DNA of 64,000 nt from Gnetum montanum. Lineage: Eukaryota; Plantae; Gnetophyta. Made by a program: the position numbers and the translations under genes. Of the stretch, positions 40,586-53,788 are shown piece after piece. Below the pieces are notes generated by a model that was not told the DNA's origin, did no database searches, and worked only from the letters and a program-made list of their open reading frames with translations. Positions within the stretch are counted from its first letter, which is position 1. Every line of letters begins with the position of its first letter. The DNA lies in assembly GCA_015680685.1 (NCBI GenBank), contig MNCI01002470.1:1-64000 (forward strand). Direction: 5' to 3'.

Positions 40586-42072
40586 GTGTGTGACCAATAA
40601 TTTTTCTACCCAACCACCACACCACCAATAGAGACCTAGTGGCTGGGACATGAAGTGTTTCCAACATCTCATACATGCATGGATCCTCTTTATCCACTTA
40701 TTAATCCTAGCTATGACCAAATGTTTAGTTTTAGGGGTTACCCCCCATTCTACTCTTGAGGATTTTGAAGTGCTTTTTATCTTTTTGTTTTACAATTTTT
40801 TATTATTTTCCTATTCTTTCTTCTTTTTCTACTTTTTCTAGTTGTTGTTTTAATTTTCCTTTTATGTAATCTCACTGTTGATCATGTTTCCCATTGAGGT
40901 GAGGTTTTCTTTCTTTGTGTTATCAAGTCATAAGCAACTAATTATTCAGACATTAAGACTATGACATCCATTCATCCATTCCATTAATAAGAGGTTCTTG
41001 CTATGGTCATAATTGTAATCTTTTTTCATCATCTAGAATCTAAATAACTTCATAATCATTATGTCTAGATGGAAGAGTGCATAACTAAGAAGGAATGTAA
41101 AGGGTGTGACATCAAGGGAATTTTTGGATTCTCTTTGACTACTTCTGTATGTTCTATCATGTTGATGAGGTTGTAACCATATCCTTGTATATCTAATGAA
41201 AAATGGGAGCAAGAGTAACTTTAACTAGCACTAAATAAGCTTCTATGGGTTCCACTAGAAACACATGTACCGATGCTTGAAGATTGATGGCTTCGCAAAA
41301 CTAAAACAAAAAAAAATTGTGTCATAATAACACTCCTCCCTTGGACACAATGTCAAGTAATCTTACTCCTTGAAACTTTGATTATCTTATGGTTGTCTAT
41401 TGATGGGATGAAACAATGCAATGTCATTGAAAGGTGGTTTGGACTTGATTTGAATCTTGGAAATAAGGACACATGGTTATTTAACCATTAATAATACAAA
41501 AAGTTTCATTATGCCCAGGGTATGACACCTCATGTCTTGATTTCTACAATCCCTTCTTCAATCCATCCTATTTCATTGTCCGAACGTTCATAACTTGTGG
41601 TTTTGTGTAACTTGGAGTAATTATCCCAATTCAATGGTTTTAACATGTGTGTTTTGTTTCATAGGTATGCATTGCATTCAACTCCTCTAGTACCTACGAA
41701 CATTTTAGGCATGGTTACACAAGGGCATCATAGGCTAGAACCTACTTTGGGGAGGATCCACTTGTGTAAATTTTGTGCTTTGTACTTGTTTCACATGATC
41801 ACATCATTTTTCCTTTGCATGCACTCCAATTGTTATATTTTATTGTTTCCCTTATCATGAACATACTTTGTCCCACAATCAAGCTTTCAATGCCCTTTTT
41901 CTTGCTCATTCTTGTACTTTTACCATTGATGAGTTCACCTTATCCTACTTTTGGTACCTTCAATTAATTTTCCCACTTACCCAAACTACAAAATTTAACT
42001 TTCAACCTTCCAATCAAACCCAAATATTCTATTTGCATATCATTTGGCCTCATAAAAATTGGAATTTTTGAA

Positions 42073-42162
42073 CCTTGATGTCATGTACTCAATGTTAGGT
42101 CCAACCCTACATTGCATACACGACATCATGTACCTAATGTCAGGTCTAATATATATATATAG
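42073..42162 (+). promoter_or_regulatory. Candidate internal promoter of the C accessory ORF
   Basis: Five CGACGTC-like motifs at about 14-bp spacing, as in the C LTR at 37331-37417, followed by TATATATATATAG. Confidence 0.6.
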
Positions 42163-42679
42163 TTGACCACCATGCAACATGAACCTTATTTATCTCATTT
42201 GTTACTAGGGGAGTTATTGCAATTTTTTCTCATGACTTAGAGCTCTACGCCTCCATCTTCCACTTGCACTATCTAGCTTTCTAACACTTTGATTTCTATA
42301 CTATTTAAATCTATCTGAACCCAGAGTGTTCAACTTAGTCATGGGGGGTGCATGTGTGCACACTTTGCACTGATTTGTTAAAATTTGCTATTTCCTAGAA
42401 TGTATTCTAAGGGTAAGAATGTTAAAAACCTTAGGAATTATAATGAAAAATCATTAACAATAGTGCCAAACATCCAATTTCTCTAACCCTCAGGTCTATA
42501 ACCATTATCTTAATCCACATATAATGAAAAAGGAACCAATTGTGATGGGTCATAGAAAAGATAGACATTTTTTGTGAGATTTTTCTTGAAAATTTGCCTA
42601 ACCCTATAATCATATACATTATGAGCTTAATGAACTAAGGTTATGAGTAAGGTATAATTGATTGATAATAATAAACATA

Positions 42680-45409
42680 ACCCTGGTCCCAAAAAGAGTT
42701 ACTAAGGGTGAACCCTCGCAAAGAGCCATTACACATCCACCTGGTGTCCATGGTCAATAAGGAGAACATGCTGAATAGGAGGCCCAATCTTTCAATGTCC
42801 ATCATGAGGCCCCTGCTACTAGGCAATTAGCCCAAGGAGAGGTGGAAGAAGTACTAGCCCCCTAATAGGGACAATGTCTCACATTGCCCCTTGACTACCT
42901 TGCTACCATTTTGAAGAAATCCGCATTGGCTTCAATCATTATGAAAATGGACTTTGGTCCATTTGTGAAATTTTCTTTAAAAGTGGTGCAAATGCAACTC
43001 AAAGGATCCCCATTATGGCTGATCCTATTAAATAGTGGTGAATGGTACTTGGGGGAAGTCTATCAATTCTAGCACAATAAGGACGAAGGTACCATTGTAC
43101 ATATCTATGGGGTGAATGTATCTTATGCAATCAAAGATATAGCTGCAGCTATCAACTTGCCCAATGAAGGGACAAAGGTTGCTCACCTATCCACTAGATC
43201 TGACCTTGAAACAAAGATACTATGGCTAAAGTAGGCATATAGCAAAGAAGATAAATCATACCATGAGATGACCTTGGAAGAGAGAAATTACTTCAAGATC
43301 GGGACATACCACCTATTTTCCATCAACGAGCTAAACTAAATTTCTACCTATATAGCTAAGGGAAGTTCCATTTCAATGGAAAAGTTTTTAGATAACCTTT
43401 CCTAATACTACTTCATGAAAATTTAGTAACAATTCAGAGAAATAAAGTTAAGGAGACCAACACTTCTCTTTCCCTATCTAATCAGAAAGTTGTGCAAGCA
43501 TCCGAGAATTTTAGGATATATTAATGATATCCTTTAGAAGGCTTGACACGCCTCCTTTATAAAAACTCCTCAAAACCACAACACCAAGAAAAGATGGTAG
43601 CAAGGAGAAAAAGCTAAAAAGGAGGTAGAACCAAGAACTGAAACACAACAAGAGCCTAAGCAGCATCCATAAGTACAAGTTTTGCCACCATCACCACAAG
43701 ATTATAGATCATCGATGAGCCACCTACAAAGAATTATTGAGACCATTAGTTGGGAGAGTAGGGATGAGGCCAATCTCTTCCAGGTTATGAACAATGTCGT
43801 ATGGCTCACTGTATTAGCTGATCCAAAAAGGGAAAAGTTCTTAATTCAATCAGGAGAAGTGAAATCCCAATGGTCATGCCAGATCTTTGGGAATGCTACA
43901 TCCTCTCAAGTCACATTAAAAACAGGAGAAGGCACCATAGTCATGGTGCTATAACATAAGGATGAAGCAGGTGTAATAGAGGTGATCATTGATTACATCA
44001 AGGAATCATTCAATGTTCCTGTTGTAACTCTGACCAATCTAGCAAGGACAAAAGATGCACAAATATTGGTTGGGACCTCAATGACTCCTGCAGTGCATGA
44101 AGATGCACTTGATCGCTTGTTGTAGATAGGTCAAGTAATGACCACTTTGTTTGGCATCCCCAACAATGTCACTACAACACAATCAGATCTCATCACTACA
44201 AAAGGAAAGTTGGTCATGGTAGAAGTCATAGTAGAGCATGTGGATGTTTAGGTGCAAAGATTACAAGCAGACTTGGCTACCCTGCAAGTTGAATGACGAG
44301 ATCCTATGTGTTTCATCACACTAGACCAACTGGAGTAGTTTTAGATGGAGGAGCTTAGCAAGCTAGAAAAGGAGAGAGTAGCTATAGAGCAAGAAAAGGA
44401 GATGGTGATCTATAATTCGTCCATTGCAAATGCATGAACCCATGTACATAAAAAGGCACTAACCACTGCCCAAGAAGAAAACAAGAAACTCACTATAGAG
44501 AATGCCCAGTTGACCATAGTGCAAAAGCAAAAGAACATTTTGGAAGAGAGTGTCCACTAATTAAAAGAATAATTGGTGAGGGTCAACTAGGATATGAGTA
44601 GATTGGCCTTAGAAAATAAAACCCTCTTCATGGAAGAGGTACGCACTACTCACTAGAAGATAGTAATCGAAATTAGTGCATAGTAGAATGAGATCAAGAA
44701 ACATGAGAAGTTAAAAGAACACTTTCATGACTAGGTTGGCATGTATTAAGAAATTAATGAGAAGTAAATCAAGATGGCCAAGGTCCACATCAACTCCTTA
44801 GTAACACAAAATTTTGAATAGTAGGCCATTTTGGACAATTATGCCATGGTCTAGCAAGTGAAAGTTAAAAATAAGGACCTCGAAATAAAAGATTTGAAGG
44901 AATACATGGCATTGGCTAACCTCATATATGCTAACCTTGCCATGTTAACAACAGGTCATCCCAGAAGCAAGTTGGAAAAGCAAGTGGCACCCACTTATGC
45001 ATTGTATGAGAATTTTGTAGATTGAAAGGATGCTTTACAAAAGTTACAAGTGAAAAAATTAGAATTAGAGGTGGTTAGAGCTAGCTACTAGGGACAAAAA
45101 GATATAGCCTCAAACCTAGCTTGGAGATTGAAAAATTATCATGAGCTAAGGGATAAAGCTAGGGCTTTCAAGGAGGAACAATGGCAGTTTGCAGCATGGT
45201 ATGTCAAGGTAAATCAAATGTTTTCACAACTACCATGTCCTTGGAATGTACTAATGCCAACACACATCAACACAACAGCCTAGATGATGGATAACCCAAG
45301 GATGGAGGAGGAAAAATTGTAGGCCTTGCTCAACCATTACAAATTTTAGTGGCCTAACGATAAAGGGAAGTAGCTGATGGAAGAGCCACCACCTCTAGGT
45401 ACCACATGA
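42680..45409 (+). pseudogene. env-position accessory ORF of C
   Basis: GEPSQR near the start, then PLWLILLNSGEWYLGEVYQF and FPYLIRKLCK, a long E/K/Q/L-rich segment, and LPCPW; ends DKGK*LMEEPPPLGTT*. The start is approximate. Confidence 0.78.
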
Positions 45410-45598
45410 GCTTCCTAGTTCTATTTCTAATTTTATTCTATAATAATGTGTCTGATTTTTGTACTACACCACTATGGCATGTGACAAATCAATTATTTCA
45501 TCCATTGTTTAAGTCAGTCAATAATCACATACTTGCCCAATATTTTGTAAAGAACTTATTTCTCATTTTGTTTAACTCAAGGATGAGTTTTCATAGTC

Positions 45599-45831
45599 TA
45601 AAGAATGAGGTTAAAAAGGTAGGACATATCATTATTATCTTATGAATGAATAATGTCCCTACAAATCCTTTACTTATGATCAATACTAGTTAAGTAGAAG
45701 GGATTAAATAATGAGAGGTTTACTTAGTGGAAAGAATCTACATTTTAAAGCTTTATATCATGGGTTAAATGTTAATGAATAATTCTAAGCCATAGAGTTA
45801 TAATTAGACTACATATCTTGGGTGTTAGACC

Positions 45832-45862
<31 letters not shown>

Positions 45863-48800
45863 TAAAAATTCAAAGTACAAAAGCAAAGGATTATTATAAA
45901 GAGGAGAAATTCCAAATCAACAAAAAGGAAAGGCCTAACAATTTTGAGGATGTCTTTTCATGATTTTATCCTTAAAAAACTTCTCTTTGGGTTAGGAAAT
46001 TAGACATTTCATGATAAAATTAACATTGGTTAGAGGGGGAGGAGGCCCATGGCCTATTAATAGAACCAACAATATCAAAAGATGTTACCTCTATATCTTG
46101 AGCAATGGCTACAACTAAATTATTAGAAGTTAAAATATCTTGAACATATTATCTATTCTAAAGATTTGACATGTAATCACCAATAAATATATTTTTTAGC
46201 ATTTTCTATTATGAAGAACTATTTGGAAGCCATCTAAATCAACAATAAGTTTTTGTAAGACCTCAAGAACAAATATTTATTTTCCCTTAGTTATTAAAGG
46301 ACTATTTAAAATTTATTTGACTTAAACCTTCCTCAAATTTATATTTGATTGAACATTAGTAAAGGAACATTTGTTTATAGTAGCTTGGTGTTAAGACACT
46401 TGCGTAGCCTTTATCGTAGTATAAAAGAACATGAATCAAACATATGATCTTCTTGATGATACTAGTGACATGACTTTGGAGGATTATAATAAACTAGAAA
46501 TTAGAAATTGGAAATTTTTATTACATCTAGAAAATCACAAAAGATTTGTTGAACGATTACAAATTCACAACATATTTATGAAAAAATTTAAAAATATCAT
46601 TAATGTAATGCCCTAAGTAGGTAGGATCAACTTAATAGAAAGCAATCAACAAATTACAATTAATAGTGTAATTCAATGATTATGAGCCAAAGATGGACAA
46701 AATAAAAAAATGTTCTTCATCTTCTATGCTTTGCTTATATAGTGTACAAATGCACTCTTCTCTTGCCAAATTGATCCAACAAGTTGTCTCAATAAGCAAA
46801 TGATGAGAGCTCATTCTTACTTTAGCAATTTAATTTCTTAAATGAATGGAAATAGCCAAGAATAGATTCTCTTGAGTACTAGATAATAAACCTTCTCTAC
46901 AATAATGTAAATACAAATATTTTTTTCCTTGATGTATTCAACCTCTTTTATAATTTTTCAAAAGAGCCTTTTGTTTAAAGGAAGATCCTCTATGACAATA
47001 TTCTATGATTGAAGCCATAATTTTCCTTAATGCAATTATCCATTTTCTTGTGTAGCCTTCATTATTTCCTTAGCATAATTAACTTCCTTCATGTGACTTA
47101 ACTTTTGAGTAATAACAATAAATTAACAAACAGCTTCAACTTCAAAAGGATGCAAATCTGCTTCTAAAAGTAAGATATCATAACAAGTCTGCATTCTTAC
47201 TTAGAATTCACATACAAAAAACTATTTTTGAACATGCTCTATTTTTTTCTAATTATTTGTGAAAAGAGAAGATCCCTAAGAAACACACCCATAAAATAAT
47301 ACAAGTTGGATAAAACTACAAAAAAGTTTTTTTTTCTAATCTCTAATGCCAAAATTTATTTCCTACTATAATTATTAGTTAGAGAAAATAGAGCTCACAT
47401 GCTACTTAAAACCCTTTGAGTAATAAGAGTATAATAACTATAATTACTAGCAAATTCAACTCCCAAATATTTATAAGATTCACATATATCAACTCTTTTT
47501 TTTAAGGAAAAAATTATAATTTCTATTTCTAATATCACAAACTAGAATTTTAGTCTTATCAATATTAACTTTCATGCCAAAATGGTTGCATTAGTCATGG
47601 ATAATTTATAGTATATAATTTAATCTTATAGCTAATTTTGCAATCAAGTCCACATCATCCACAAAGAGAAGCATGTTCAAAAATGATTCTTTCACTAACA
47701 TACCATAGTGAAAGGAATTTTTCATCCATTCCTATAATTCATCTATAAATATTCCAAAAGGATAGGGGATAAAGGATAGCCTTGTTTAACTCCAACTAAG
47801 CTATTGATAATTATTCCTTCTCTAGTAAGATTATCTTTAATAAGAATGTTAGCCATTTCATAGATTCTTTTAGCACTAATGCACCACCCCATTTAAGAAG
47901 CTCTGCATATAATCCATTAATATCAACATCTTTCCTAGAAGATAATCTTTGAATTCCTATAGAAACATCATCAAGGGATAACTCAAAAATACTAGAGTTA
48001 TCTTGCATAATTAGGGAAGCTTCTTGAATAAAAAGATCATTGAAGAAAGTTTGAATAGTAGATAAGGAAAAGTCCCAACAAGTTTTTTGTCTTGGAATAA
48101 ATTCTAAAAGCTCTTAGGATTTGAGAGGAGCACATAGAACATTCTTTCTTGCTCTTATTTAATGAACATTTGTTTTTTCAAACAAATAAGCTTTCTATAA
48201 TTCTTTAGCATTGAAACATCAAAATATGAAGTTATAACATCTTTACCAATTATCAAATATCCCACATCACACTAAGGTTTTCTACAAGCAAGCCACTTCT
48301 TAATTTGCACCTAAGAAACTGTAGACAAAAGAACATTACTTAGATATACCTCTTTTTCATTGTTAACTAACAAATTAGCTACTCTTATTTGAAAATCCTA
48401 ACAAAAGTCTTCTATGAGATGACAAGTTATGCATTTCTTGTAATGAATATGATGAATTGAAATAAGAATAGTGAATTTTAAGTAATGATGAGGATATTTT
48501 GGGAGTTTTTCTTTGACCTAAACGTTTTTCACTACATCTATATTATCCTGAGTAGACAGGACCAATGCAAGAGTTACCTTCATGCCTAGTAAAGGTGAAA
48601 TGAGAGGAAGAAAGAACTATGTTGATGTCATTAAGGATTAAAAAATCAAAAGAATGATCCCACTCTAAGAAATGAATACCTTTATGATTTATACTATGAT
48701 CAACAAATGAACTTTTGTAAACTCAATAGATTCTTCACAAAGTTTAATTAAGAATTTCAAATAAGTCTTTGAATCTCACTTTATCCAACATGAGCATTAA

Positions 48801-49383
48801 AATCTTCACAAGAAAAAGCTTTACCAAGCTTGAAGAATCCTACACGATCTTGACCTAAGTACTAAAAAGGATGCTCTCATGAATGATTGTAGAATTGTAG
48901 ATAGAAGAATCACTCAGAGCAAAATAAAAAAATGCAATCTAAAGAACCTCTAAAATGCCTTGAATGTGAACCCACGAATATTGGTTATTATCATCAACTT
49001 TCTACACCTTCATGAAATTATCTCTCGACTTTTTAATTAAAGAAGAAATACCACCAAAAGGTCTATCCCTCACCTTAGAATGATTATTTCTAAAAGAAAT
49101 GATATGAAATCCTAGAATAGATATAATTGAAAAATTTTCTTTTTCCTAAGTTTTAGCAAAAATAAATAGATAAAAATGACTGAAGAAATGACTAATATCT
49201 AAAGTAACAACTTTATTAGCTAATGAACATTTAATATTAAGGAAACCATATGTAATAGAAGAAAATTCCTTTATTGGGGGATTTTCTCTCTCTTTAATAC
49301 TACAACATATTTATAATTCAAGTACGAAATTTTAGCTTCACCATGAGCTTGTTTTAATTTTTTTCATTCTTCTTGATTTTTTA
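45599..49383 (-). mobile_element. Old two-ORF LINE (ORF1 end + ORF2 APE-RT), possibly RTE-X-like
   Basis: APE start GFLNIKCSLANK...LFIFAKT* (about 49150-49250). RT motifs GVKQGYPLSPILFGIFIDEL (about 47735-47795) and LLFVDDVDL (about 47644-47673). Probably continues left of C (about 37040-37302). Confidence 0.8.
45832..45856. repeat. (TA)n microsatellite
   Basis: About 12 TA units. Confidence 0.9.
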
Positions 49384-50500
49384 CATACTAATGAGTGGCT
49401 AGGTAACCCTATGCCCAACCATACGAATCAAGGGTGTTCACATGTGACTTAGTCGAATTCCACAGACTGCAAACACTTGCATACATCGAACTCTAGCCAA
49501 CAAAACCTTAGTTAGAATGGTCTTTGTCTTCCCAACCTCACTAGTGATATTCTAAAGTGATGGTTAAGTGAGATTGAGGAAAATGATGTTTATTGGTTTT
49601 CTCTTTTATCTTTTAAAGTCTAATTATTTAATTGTAGGAATTGGAAAGTTGTGTGAATTATAATTATTCTACTCTATTGCTTAACTCTCCTAGGTATAAG
49701 CAACCGATCCCATCTTCTGTGCACGTCTTGAGCATACCCTAACCACTACTACATTACCAAATGTTAAGCGTCACTAGGTTACCAAGTGTTTGATATATGT
49801 TCGAGATGATCATGCCTATGGTTCTCATAAAATATGAAAGGAAAATAATAGTAAAATGATAACAATAAAATCTTTAGGAATTATTAAAGCATTGAAATAT
49901 TAAACTATTAAAATGCTTAAGTGATTAAATCCAAATGCTGCAAGGAATGCTCAAAACCTCATCTTTATTGTTGGTCATGCCAATGGGCTTAGGTACATTA
50001 GCTCTCAAATAAAGAGTCGTACACCTTTCTCACACCTACTACAGGCACTTGGAAAATATTCTAACTCTTATGAGAACAAACTACAAGAGTTTGGATACAA
50101 CTACTCCAAAAGATACCATACATGTTGTGGGTGCACGCATATTTATAGCAAGAGACAGACTCTGCGTTAATGGAGTCACGTTAACACATGAATAGATACA
50201 TCGATGAGGTCACATCAACACAGCCATGTCAATGTGACTCCGTTAACATGGCCTAGTCGACGTATCAACTGAACACTTCATCATACCAATACAACTGAGT
50301 GAAAACTCATCCTCAAGTTTATTACAATTTGGAATGTATGAAGTTATTGACTGTACACACTACGAAACACATTTACACACAGACTAACTCTATTAACATA
50401 CTAAGTGCCCATGTGTATGGAAAAAATAAATTACAAAATTATGGTGTTCAGAGACAAAATTGAACACCTTACCAAAAAATGTTAAATTTGCTGGAGAAGG

Positions 50501-53345
50501 TCACACCATCCCTGGTGGTGATGGTTTTGATGGATCTTCACCGACTTCTGGGGCATGTGGTTGTTGTGACATTGATGATGGTTACCCTACAACAGCTACA
50601 ACTTCTAGAGGTAATCGAAAAGCCTCCAATATTGCCCTCATTTTATCTTCTTTGCTTCTAGGATCATTCACTATCTAGGCAACTTCACCAATGTGTGCTA
50701 GAATAGGAACATCCCAAGGACATGGAAGTTTAGGAAAGAGTTTCAAATTGACAAACCAAGCAATGAAATGTTTTCGTTTGATATTGAATGCTCAGATTGA
50801 TGTCTGCAACTACTAGTAGTTGTTCATTCATCAAGCCAAGTTCTCTGTAACCACACGTTTTCCTTCAAAACAAGTGCAAAGAACTTTGAGTTTCACATTG
50901 GCTATTTCTAACTTTTGCTTTGTCTCTTTATGTGCTTGGAACTCACCCTCGTATAAAGAATATGAGGGGGCCACTTGTTTCTCTAAGTTTGATCAAGGCC
51001 TTTTAGCTATTAGCATTGCTAGGTTTGCATAATGGAAATTGGCTAACTCCATGTATTCTACCATTTCTTCAATTTGTAGCTCTTTGAGGTAGATTTTAAC
51101 CTAGTTGTAGGCATTCAAGCCATCGAAGATGGGCTGTCACACCCTGCCTCCTTCCTAGAGCTACCAGAGTGCTTAGTTCATTTTAGCCTTTGCGACTTGA
51201 ATCTCTTTTTTGTTGACTTCCTTTTGCAATTCCACTTGGTCCCTATAGTGATTTTGAACTCGTTCAAACTTAAGGGCCTCATTTTTCCAAGTGGCAATTT
51301 CAATTGTTGATTTCTGTCATAAGGTTCAAACTTCCTCCATAGATAGATTACGATTTTCAACTGCCAATATTCTCACATTAGTGTTTACCCTAGCTAGCTC
51401 CTCCTATTGTTGATGGATGAAGTCTTTCATGTGTTGATTCTTAACAAAAACATTTCACATACAATGAACTTCTAGGGTCAACCTGACATTCTCTTGGTGA
51501 ACCTCTACCAAGTCCTTATTTAGATGGTAAGCATGAGCATCTATTAAGGACTTGTCAAAGATTGCCAACTCTCGCTCTCCCTCAACCTTCTAAAGTTTGG
51601 TTTGAAGTTGTTAAAAAGCTTCATCCTTGGCGAGTTCATGGTTGATAAGAACTGGATCAGCAAGTTGGACCCTTAATTAAGAAACTTTCATAGCCAAGTG
51701 TTGATGATCTGCTTGTGTTGCTTTAAGTTGCCCCTCCAAGATGAGGCACTTGTCCCTTGCTAAGAGCAGCTTCGACTGGGTTGCAGTAATGTTGTCTAGA
51801 AGATCAAAGACATCTAGAAGCAGTTACCTAGTTCCCACCATTCAATCTAACAACTCTTTATGTGATCCTACTACGTGAAGTTCCTGTGAACATTTGTAGA
51901 TCTTTAAGTCCATGTACATTAGGTACAGGCACTGTAGGTGCATTAAAGATCATAGCAATTGTGTCAGCAACCACTTCAGCTGTAACTTCTTGTCCCTGGT
52001 GTTACATTACCAAGATAGTCACCCCCCCCCTCTATCCTCCAATCACACTAAAAAAGTAGCAGCATTTCCTAAAATTTTAGGAAATAATTATTGAGTGAAC
52101 ATTGTTACTTCTCAAACACTAGGGTCAATTCTAGTAGGTACTTGCATTCGGGTGATAGAAAATATCAGCCCTACTCTCTCTAGTAGACTCATTGATCGAG
52201 CCACTTGCTCAAGATGGCTCATCATAAGGCGATAGAACAAAGTGTCTTCCTCTCCACCAGTTCCTACTAATCGCTCTTATTAGTTCAAGAGTGATTGTTA
52301 GATCTTGAGCATCTATTCTACAATTGTCTACAAGCCCAACCTTGTTGTTCACGTAGGCGGTGGAGGTGGTTGCTACTCTTCCTTGAGTTGTGTTGTGGCC
52401 GGACTCTTGTCCTTCATCATCTCCCACCATGAGGTAATTGGGGCATGAAAAAGTGTGTCATTGGTGTATTGTGCTATCCCTGACCGTTTACACAATTTTC
52501 TAATTAGGTAAGGAAAAGGAAAATCTTGTCTTCCATGTTCATTTTTAGTAAATCTCTTCTCAATCTCCAAGAAAAGTAACTGTGGAAGGTTGATGGGGAA
52601 CTTTCTGCTTAGACTGGCACATGCACGAGTAGAGAAGGCCATGATCTTGCTGGGTCTTACCATTAGATTCAAGTGGTAAGACATGATTTTTGAATAAACC
52701 CTCTCTACAATGGTTAGGGTGCCAAACTCCTTGCATTCTACCCCCATAGCATTGCCTGATCCACTTCCCTTTTACCTTAGGGTCTACTTGTTTAGGAATC
52801 TCTGCCATGTCAGCTCCAGTCTCTAGCAACCCAAGAGCTTATGTAATCACTTTGGCAGAGTAAGAGACATGAATGCCTTTGATTATTACTCTGGAACCTG
52901 GTTGTCGATTTGTTTAGAAGAGGTAAGTTTCTCCCAAGTACCATTCACCACTGGAGGTGATGACTGGCCACATAGGAGAATTTTGCAATTAGGTTTTGAC
53001 TTCCTTTGGTGCATTCTCTAGAAACAGTCAAAAGTTTAACTCCTGAAGGACCATTCTTTGTAACTCCCTCAACTTGATAGCATCAATATAGGCTTGGCTC
53101 AGGGTGACCTCAAGTTGTGGCACTATCACAAGAGTCTCATCCCTTTGCGATTGTCTACTAGGGACATCCACTTTGGGAACCTGACAAACAAATTCCACAT
53201 TAGGTTCTTCGTGGAGGGGGTCAGTTGCATGTGAGCCCTCCACATGCTCTAGAGGTTGTGCACCTCATCCTCTTTCTATTCTCAGTCACTTGTCCCTTAG
53301 TTGGGATGGTCCTTCTACCCTTGGATGCCTCAGTTTGGGTGCCAT
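50501..53345 (-). pseudogene. env-position accessory ORF of E (~950 codons, disrupted)
   Basis: Starts MAPKLRHPRVEGPSQ, then WPVITSSGEWYLGETYLF, FPINLPQLLFLEI and FPFPYLIRKLCK, a long charged segment, and LPCPWDVP. Confidence 0.82.
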
Positions 53346-53788
53346 CTATAGTCACAACATAACCATGAATTAAAATGTTTATATAAATTGTTGAAAATGG
53401 CAATCATACACCTTCTCATTTTGACCAAGCTATGACAATGGCACGTGCATCCTATTAGGTTCCCCAGAGTATAGTTGAGGGGTTAGAAAAAATAATCAGA
53501 CATGAGTTGCAATTTATAGTGTTATTTTTTTTCTTATTTATCCCCTAAGAGGTGTTAAGTCTTTGATAATTATAATAATAATTATAGACCTCACCCCCCC
53601 CCCCCCCCCCCCCCCCCACCCCCCCATGATGAAGAGCATACCTTTGGTTGTGAAAGGGTAGAAAAAATGGTTGGATTGGGACAAGCGGTGGAAATGTTTT
53701 GTGCTTGAAAAGAAGTATTGGCGTAGAGGAATGGAAAAACTCCCTTAGCATTGTGAACAAATGAACAAATTCCAAAGGCGCAATCGGG

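Larger units (their letters stand above)
37308..45593 (+). mobile_element. Athila-like element C, non-autonomous; 3' LTR absent
   Basis: 5' LTR 37308-38163 (TAATGAG...CTCATCA) is the reverse complement homologue of the A LTRs. Decayed Asp PBS at 38165-38183. TSD TAGTC at 37303-37307 and 45594-45598. Confidence 0.88.
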
